A DNA stretch of 64,000 bases from Octopus sinensis. Taxonomy: Eukaryota. The notes beneath the pieces are model-generated. The model had not been told where the DNA came from, ran no database searches, and worked only from the letters and a program-made list of their open reading frames with translations. A program made the translations under genes and the position numbers. The DNA is taken from contig NC_043013.1 of assembly GCF_006345805.1 (NCBI RefSeq), forward strand, positions 50,344,001-50,408,000, written 5' to 3'. Shown piece after piece: positions 56,029 to 64,000 of this stretch; the first letter of the stretch is position 1; each line of letters opens with the position of its first letter.

Positions 56029-56334
56029 CTGTATGTATGTATGCATGTATGTATGTATGTATGTATGTATGTATGTATGTATGTATGTATGTATGTATGA
56101 TTTTTAGTAATCCAAATAATTTGTAGTATAGAAAAAATAAATGTCGAAAATGCACACAAAATATATGAAGAATGTTTAACATTTAAAGTATATGACTCTA
56201 CACTGAAATGGTTTTAAATATGGCGATTTTTAAAGTGTGTTATGTGGGGTTGTGTCACAAAGTGTATAATTTCTGGCCGTTGTCCAAAATATCGTTTGTC
56301 TTTTTATTTGAGGACAAACACAAACTCAAACACA

Positions 56335-56415
<81 letters not shown>

Positions 56416-56931
56416 AACAAACACACACACATTTTGATTACGGATAATAACGATATGTACGCTAAAAACAACAGGCACTATTCGTGTTTATTAATCGGTA
56501 CACAGGATACCAAGCTCTGTATAGGCATGGGTATGTGGTTAGCAGTTTTATTCCAAACCACATGGTTCCGGGTTCAGTTCCACTGCATGGCACCCTGGGC
56601 AAGTGTCTTCTACTATAGCCTTGGACTGACCAAAGCCTTGTGAGTGGATTTGGCAGACGGAAACTGAAAGAAACCCGTCGTATATATATATATTGAGAGA
56701 CCCCTTTCGGTCATGACTGACCATGGGATTGCACCCAGAAAGCTACCCTCCGCCACTAGTGTTATCCAACTCGGCACCAGTGATGTCACAATCTATTTCT
56801 ACAACTGAGTCAATTGGAACAACATGAAATAAAGTGTCTTGCTCAAGAACACAACGTGCAGCCCGGTCCAGGATTCGAACTCACAACCTCACGATCGCAA
56901 GCTCGACGCTCTAACCACTGAACCATGTGCC

Positions 56932-57039
<108 letters not shown>

Positions 57040-57305
57040 CGTGTTTGTGTTTGTCGCCTGCCGCCGCTTGACAACCGGTGTTGGTGTGTTTACGTCTTCG
57101 TATACTCGGGGTTCCGCAAAAAGTAACCGACGGAATAAGTCGATGAGATAAAGTACCAGTTGTATACTGGTGCCGATGTAATCGATCACTCCACACTCTG
57201 CCTCTCCACCCACAAAAAATACTGGCTCTTTTGCCAAAATTTGAAACTACTACTACTACTACTATTACCACTATCACTATCGCCACCATCACCACTATCA
57301 GTACC

Positions 57306-57344
<39 letters not shown>

Positions 57345-57541
57345 GCTACTACTACTACTACTACTACTACTGTTACTACTACTACTACTGTTACTACTAC
57401 TACTACTACTACTACTGTTACTACTACTACTACTACTACTACTGACACACTACTACTACTACTACTGTTATTACTACTACTACTACTACTACTACTACTG
57501 CTGCTGCTACTACTACTACTGTTACTACTACGTTACTACTA

Positions 57542-57593
<52 letters not shown>

Positions 57594-57963
57594 ATACTAC
57601 TGCTACTACTACTGTTACTACTACTACTACTACTACTACTCACTACTACTACTACTACTACTACAAAAGTACCAGTCATGTGCTGGGGTTTGATGGTATT
57701 GACTAATATAACTGCAGATGCTGCTTCCAAGGCATCCACAATTCCGAGTGTCTGCTGCAGAATGGGTAATTATAAGGTGTCGCCATATTTGGTGAATATT
57801 GTGGTGTACTCGTTCCATGCCTTGCGGCGTATGATTAGAAGCGGTTTCTTCTTTCGTTCTAGGTTCGAATTGAGCTGGGAATCGAATGTGTCTTGTCATC
57901 AAAGACCGGATCGATAATATCATTAAACGCTGTAAAATCTTCGAGTGTGAAGTGCGTGCGTGC

Positions 57964-58022
<59 letters not shown>

Positions 58023-58177
58023 TGTGACTTTCTCCAGAGTTAAGTGGGAGATGTAAGGTAATCAATCATGGTTTTCTAATTAAACTTTGTAGCAGATACA
58101 ATGCATCTTAGCTGACCATCTTCTAGGACGCGCATGCGAACATATATATAAATACATACACCATATACATACCTACA

Positions 58178-58226
<49 letters not shown>

Positions 58227-58284
58227 TTATTTATTCTTAATATAAATATTGTTTAAATATTGATTATTTATTTAAATATTATCA

Positions 58285-58380
58285 TTAACCTGAAGATTGC
58301 CTATAACCATAATTCGAATTATTGAATTTAAATTATTGTTATTTGAATTAGGTTATGGGCATGAAACGATCGTAGTGGTT
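58285..58380 (+). ncRNA. Type-I hammerhead-like motif with a long helix II
   Basis: TTAAC-CTGAAGA-T-TGCCTATAACC...GGTTATGGGCA-T-GAAA-CGATCG-TA-GTGGTT. 11-bp helix II, perfect palindrome ACGATCGT as helix III, GUA triplet. Helix I and the 10.1-11.1 pair are eroded. Confidence 0.6.
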
Positions 58381-58538
58381 TTACTTTTATCTTATATTAA
58401 ACTTTTTTATTTTGTTTTTTTCTGGGAGTCCCTTTTTAAAGTAGAAGAAATAGCTAACGTCTTTTGCTGCTATTTCTAAACTTCGTATGTGATAAAGCAA
58501 ATCTTTGCTGAACCCTAATTATTAAGTATATATATATA

Positions 58539-58622
<84 letters not shown>

Positions 58623-58891
58623 AGGCGCGTGGCTTAGTGGTTAGGGTGTTGGCATCATGATCGTAAGATTATGGTTTCGATTCCTGGACCGGGCGACGCG
58701 TTTGTGTTCTTGAGCAAAACACTTCATTTCACGTTGCTCCAGTCCACTCAGCTGGCAAAATGAAGTGTAACGCTGCGATAGACTGGCGTCCATCCAGCTG
58801 GGAAACACATACGCCATTGAAACCGAGTCCATGAGCCTGGCTAGGCTTTTAGAGGGTGCATTTATGATTTCTTTTCTTATATTATATATAT

Positions 58892-58927
<36 letters not shown>

Positions 58928-59187
58928 GGGAGAGTTTACGAAAGACAAAAGACGAAGACAAGTGGTGTACAAAACAAACAGATGTATTAGTATAACGCTC
59001 AGGAATAGAAAAAGTCTTTTACTTTTGAGCTACGCTCTTCTACAGAAAGGGACACAGAAAAAACAAGGAGAGAAACGAGAGAAAAAAAATTGTGTAGTGG
59101 CTAACGATCTTCTGTACATATATATATATATGTACAGAAGAATAGATAGGTTGATAAATAGATAGATATATAGATATTTGTGTATAT

Positions 59188-59218
<31 letters not shown>

Positions 59219-59219
59219 C

Positions 59220-59262
<43 letters not shown>

Positions 59263-59354
59263 GAGAGAGAGAGAGAGAAGAGAGAGAGGAGAGAGAGAAA
59301 GAACGAGAGAGACAGACAGACAGTGATGTGGTGAAGTAGTAAAATTAAATTTAC

Positions 59355-59594
59355 CTTTTTAAACGCAGTAGACGAGCGTCTCCCTGCAATCTTTGAGAAT
59401 TTGGTCCAAACTGTGAGGTTCGGCATCAACGTATAATCGCGAATTGAAGATTTGCAAGAGTTCGTGGGGCAAATGGAAGTCAAGAATTTTATTGGAACGG
59501 AGGTTTTCCTGAGATATATACTCGAAGAGCATGTGGACAAGCTGGAGAAGGAATCGGTAAGATTTTTCGGCTCCTCCTTCCTTCGGAAATAATT
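59355..59594 (-). CDS. GAD: Glutamate decarboxylase internal exon (240 nt, phase 1-1), with an in-frame TAA near its 3' end as assembled
   Basis: Polypyrimidine acceptor ...ctttccattttatacag| and donor G|gtaaat. Reads (E)LFPKEGGAEKSYRFLLQLVHMLFEYISQENLRSNKILDFHLPHELLQIFNSRLYVDAEPHSLDQILKDCRETLVYCV*K(G). This aligns by eye to GAD67 [53 protein letters not shown]. The frame is not in the ORF track. Confidence 0.92.
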
Positions 59595-62500
59595 CTGTAT
59601 AAAATGGAAAGAAAGAAAGGCAGGAAAAATTAAGATGAATTCATTTATGTTTTAATAACCTTTTGTCTTTTTTACTTGTTTCGGTCATTGAACTACCGCC
59701 TTGCTGGAGCACCGCTTTGAAGAGTTTAGTCCAACAAATTAACAGGAACGCTTATTGTTGGTCTCCTTGCCAAAGCGCTATGTTATGGAGACACAAACAA
59801 ACTAACACCGATATCGAGCAGCGTGTGTGGAGAGACAAACAGCGGCACACATACGCCAAACACACCGCCACCCGACAAATCAGCTGCCCATTCACCCACA
59901 CATAGATAGACAGATAGATAGATACATACGCACATACATACATTGCCTAAATACCAATCTTGAGAAATTAGGCTTCACAAAACCAGAAACGAGAAAGCTG
60001 ATTCAAAGTCTGCAGATTCAATCTATCACTGGAACTGCAAAAATCTTAAAATTTTCCAGAAGTCTATCATTTAAATATATATAATAGGCGCAGGAGTGGC
60101 TGTGTGATAAGTAACATGGTTCCGGGTTCATTCCCACTGCGTGGCACCTTGGGCAAGTGTCTTCTACTATAGCCTCGGGGCGACCAAAGCCTTGTGAGTG
60201 GATTTGGTAGACGGAAACTGAAGGAAGCCCGTAGTATATATGTATATAATATATATGTATGTGTGTGTGTGTGTGTGTGTTTGTGTATCTGTGCTTGTTC
60301 CCCCCAACATCGCTTGACAACCGATGGTGGTGTGTTTACGTCCTCGTCACTTAGCGGTTCGGCAAAAGTGACCGATAGAATAAGTACTAGGCTTACAAAG
60401 AATAATCCCTGGGGTCGATTTGCTCGACTAAAAGGTGGTGCTCCAGCATGGCCACAGTCAAATGACTGAAACAAGTAAAAGACCAAAAGAATAATGAGTA
60501 TGAGAATGTCTAGATATGCAAATATATGCATGAGAATACATACATAATACAAAACACATAAATATGCACATATTCATGCATACATACATGCATGCATACA
60601 TACATACTTACATACACACATACATGCATGCATACACATACATACATACGTACATCCATCCATACATACATACATAAATGTATGCATGTATGCATACACA
60701 TACATACATACATACATACATACATACATACATACATACATACATACTACATACATACATACCCTGTTGATGTTGAAATTCCTATGAAGGAACCTTGGAT
60801 CTAGGTTAGAAACCGGCTTTTCTCTATTGGTAAGATATCTTCAAATAAAACTGAGTAATGACAAACATACATACGTATGTACATACATACATACATGCAT
60901 ACATACATTCATACATACATACATGCATACATACATACATACATACATACATACATACATACATACATACATACATCTGACGGTGTTCTTTCAGTCACAA
61001 GGCATTGGTCGACCTGGAACTGAAGTAGGTGACACGTGCCATATGTGTGTGTGTGGGGGGGGGGTAGGGTTCGATAAAATAAGTACCAGTTGAGCACTGG
61101 GGTCGATGTAATTGCTGGCCTTGTGTCAAAAATTTGGAACCTTTATTTAAATTTTCGAATGCAGCCAGATGGCAGAATTATTAAAGTGTTTGAAAAAAAA
61201 AATGCCTTGTGGTATTTCTTCTGGCTCTTTATATTATGCGAATTCAAATCCCGTCAAGGTCAGTTTTGCTTTCCGTCCATTCATAGTTGATAAAATAAAA
61301 CCGATTCAGTCAAGGACTGGAGGTGATGATATCGACTACTCCCCCCACCTGAAATTTTTGCTTTTGTTCCTAAATTAGAAACCATTATTTATATTTCTAA
61401 TTTAATTCTCTACCGATGAAGACCATAATTACCTTTCTAATTCTAGTAAATATATCCTTATTTTGTGTATCCTTCATAGGAAATTAAGCCGCTGTAACAA
61501 TAAAAGAAGATTTGGTAACAGACTGGATTAGCTGTCATCTGCAAAGTTGTGATGTCATCGTGTCTTGATATTCGATTCGACTTATGAACACCTCTGCAGT
61601 TGCAGTGTCGAAATAAACGTTTGGTGGATTTTTCTGTCACTGACAATAGCGACATAAGACATGCAAGACCAGATGGGCTTTCGATTCGACCCAGATACTG
61701 TTGGTGTTAAATTGTGAGTGAGCCTAATTGGAATAAGCTGCTGGTAAGAAACCAGGATTTATGCCATTCAAGAAAATCTAGCAAATAAAGAACTAAACAG
61801 ATGGCATATTCATTTGTACTTCAGGAATACCCGACGACCGTCTCTCTCTCTGTGTCTTTCTTACCCTTTCTTTCCCGCCTCTCTCTTAACTTATAACACA
61901 TACTAATACACACGTGTACACACAAATACTCGCGATCTTAAACACACACAGAGAATATGTCGGTCACAGACAGAAAAGTATCAGACGTTTTCTTCGGCTG
62001 CCAGATTTATATAACGTCTTGTATAATTTTATAATAATCCTTTCTACTAAAGACACAAGGCCTGAAATTTGTGTGAGAGGGGGGGACTAGTCGTTAACAT
62101 CCCCCCAAGTGCGTAACTGGTACTTAATTTATCGACCCCGAAAGGATGAACGGCAAAGTCGACCTCGGCGGAATTTGAACTCAGAACGTAGAGGCAGATG
62201 AAATACCTATTTCTTTACTACCCACAAGGGGCTAAACACAGAGAGGACAAACAAGGTCAGACAAACGGATTAAGTCGATTACATCGACCCCAGTGCGTAA
62301 CTGGTATTTATTTAATCGACCCCGAAAGGATGAAAAGCAAAGTCGACCTCGGCGGAATTTGAACTCAGAACGTAACGGCAGACGAAATACCGCAAAGCAT
62401 TTCGCCCGGCGTGCTAACGTTTCTGCAAGCTCGTCGCCTTAATAATAAAATCAATCCTTTCTACTCTAGGCACAATGTATAATTTTATAATAATATTCTT

Positions 62501-63918
62501 TGGTTGCCGACTTTTATTCACAGCGGCTTCGCAAAGTACATTTGCACAAATACGTCAATATTTGTGACATTCATGTTCCAAGACAAAGATTACAGAGAAA
62601 CCAATGAGGAAATGCAATTTGGTTTGGAAAGCAATTTTTTATACGTTGAACAATTTAATGTGAATATGTTTTGAGGCCACATTTTACCTCTATATATAGC
62701 AGAACATGCTTGAATCTAAATCCAGCCGTTTCTAAGTATTGCAAATATTTCCAGTATAGATCTTTAGATCATCCACAAAGAAATTATAACTTATATTGGT
62801 GTCGCTTGTTGTAGGCCCTGACATAAGATCAATGGATTTTCGTCAAAGAAACGACCGGACTTAACGCTAAGATAAACGGAAACACAAAGTGCCGCCATCG
62901 GCCTAACAGCCCAAGCTTAATATCAAAATTCTTTATTCGCTGTCGCTTTCTCTTGAAATATTTATATAGTGTATAGTCGGTATATAGACAAACATACACA
63001 TGGAATCACTTGGTCCAGTGGTTACGGTATTCGGCTCACGGTCGTCAGGTCATGAGTTCGAACCTCGCGATGCTTTGTGCCCTTAAGCAAGACTCTTTAT
63101 TTCACGTTGTTCCAATCCACTCAGCCAGCATAAATGAATTGTAACAGTAATTCAGTCTGTGACACGCTGAGACTCCCCGAGATCTACGTTAAGGGTATGC
63201 ATGTCTGTGGAGTACTCAGCCGCTTGCGCGTTAATTTCACGAGCAGGTTACTCCGTTGGTCGGATTAACTGGGACACTCGTCGTCGTAACCGACAGAGTG
63301 CCTGTTTTTACCAAACATACATATATATCCTTGTATGGCGCAGGGAAGAATCGCAAGTCAGATTCTTGAAGCCGAGCCAAGACAGATTCTTGAAGCCAAG
63401 GTCTAGAGGAAGACCAAGGACGAGATGGTTAGATAACATCTATAGTCTCCGCTGGTCATATTTGAGAACCCAGTCGGGAAGTGCGAAGACGGTTGCTTCC
63501 TATAGAACCCTATAGGGAAGGTGCCTGGGAACTCTACTCTCAAGAAATAGCGGGTGGAGAAGAATGATGGATGGATTACTGGGTGGATGGAAGATTGATG
63601 GATGGTTGTCTGTGTGTCTGTGTGTCTGTACACGTAACTATAACTTCTAGAATGTTTTGTATATTTTCTGTGTTCCATTAACGGGTTGTTTCTTAATTTG
63701 GTGTGAAACTACCAGACATCGCCGGAAGTACACAATTCTTGGCCATACTTGGAACAGCACATATGTTGAGGATAGTCTTGCGTTTCTAAACTGCGAGAAA
63801 GAGCTGAGGCATGACATAGATTACCCAAACCAAACATATGATGATGATGTTGAACGAAACACCCATGTTTCCAGAGGTGAATTATTCAAACCCCAAAGAA
63901 TCCCTCTCAACACATGGC

Positions 63919-63956
<38 letters not shown>

Positions 63957-64000
63957 TAATAATAATAATAATAATAATAATAGTAATAATAGTAGTAATA

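Noticed and set aside
59359-59361. Rescue of the GAD TAA by A-to-I editing
   Set aside because: Both As would need editing (UII read as Trp), giving VWKG at a conserved V-K/R-T-G site; single edits still give stops. An assembly error or a true null is simpler.
61458-61700. Upstream GAD exon
   Set aside because: No GAD similarity or good donor. An NFADD motif in another frame suggests a decayed RT fragment; likewise ISYNFFVDDLKIY at about 62740-62810.

Overview
AT-rich, microsatellite-dense eukaryotic DNA. The tRNA-derived SINE families and (AAT)n/(TA)n-associated retroelements look like an octopus (coleoid cephalopod) genome; this is an inference. The only host gene I can support is four minus-strand exons of a glutamate decarboxylase (GAD) gene at 59594-59355, 54112-54022, 45554-45448 and 44847-44732. 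Their intron phases match vertebrate GAD1 as I recall it. The first exon carries an in-frame TAA as assembled, and I found no 3' GAD exons in the 44.7 kb downstream, which includes a 100-N gap. The rest is a mosaic of mobile DNA: three SINE families, R4/Dong and RTE LINE relics, a DD36E Tc1 transposase relic, hAT, TTAA and TA MITEs, Helitron/Helentron-type elements, Penelope relics and a ~194-bp higher-order satellite. The most striking signal not explained by the ORF track is a set of minimal type-I hammerhead ribozyme motifs with palindromic helix III. They belong to at least five unrelated short repeat families, several lie in the GAD introns in sense orientation, and two sit at the centre of long inverted duplications. 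Nearly all ORFs in the supplied track are microsatellite artefacts. All calls are by eye; no database search was run.
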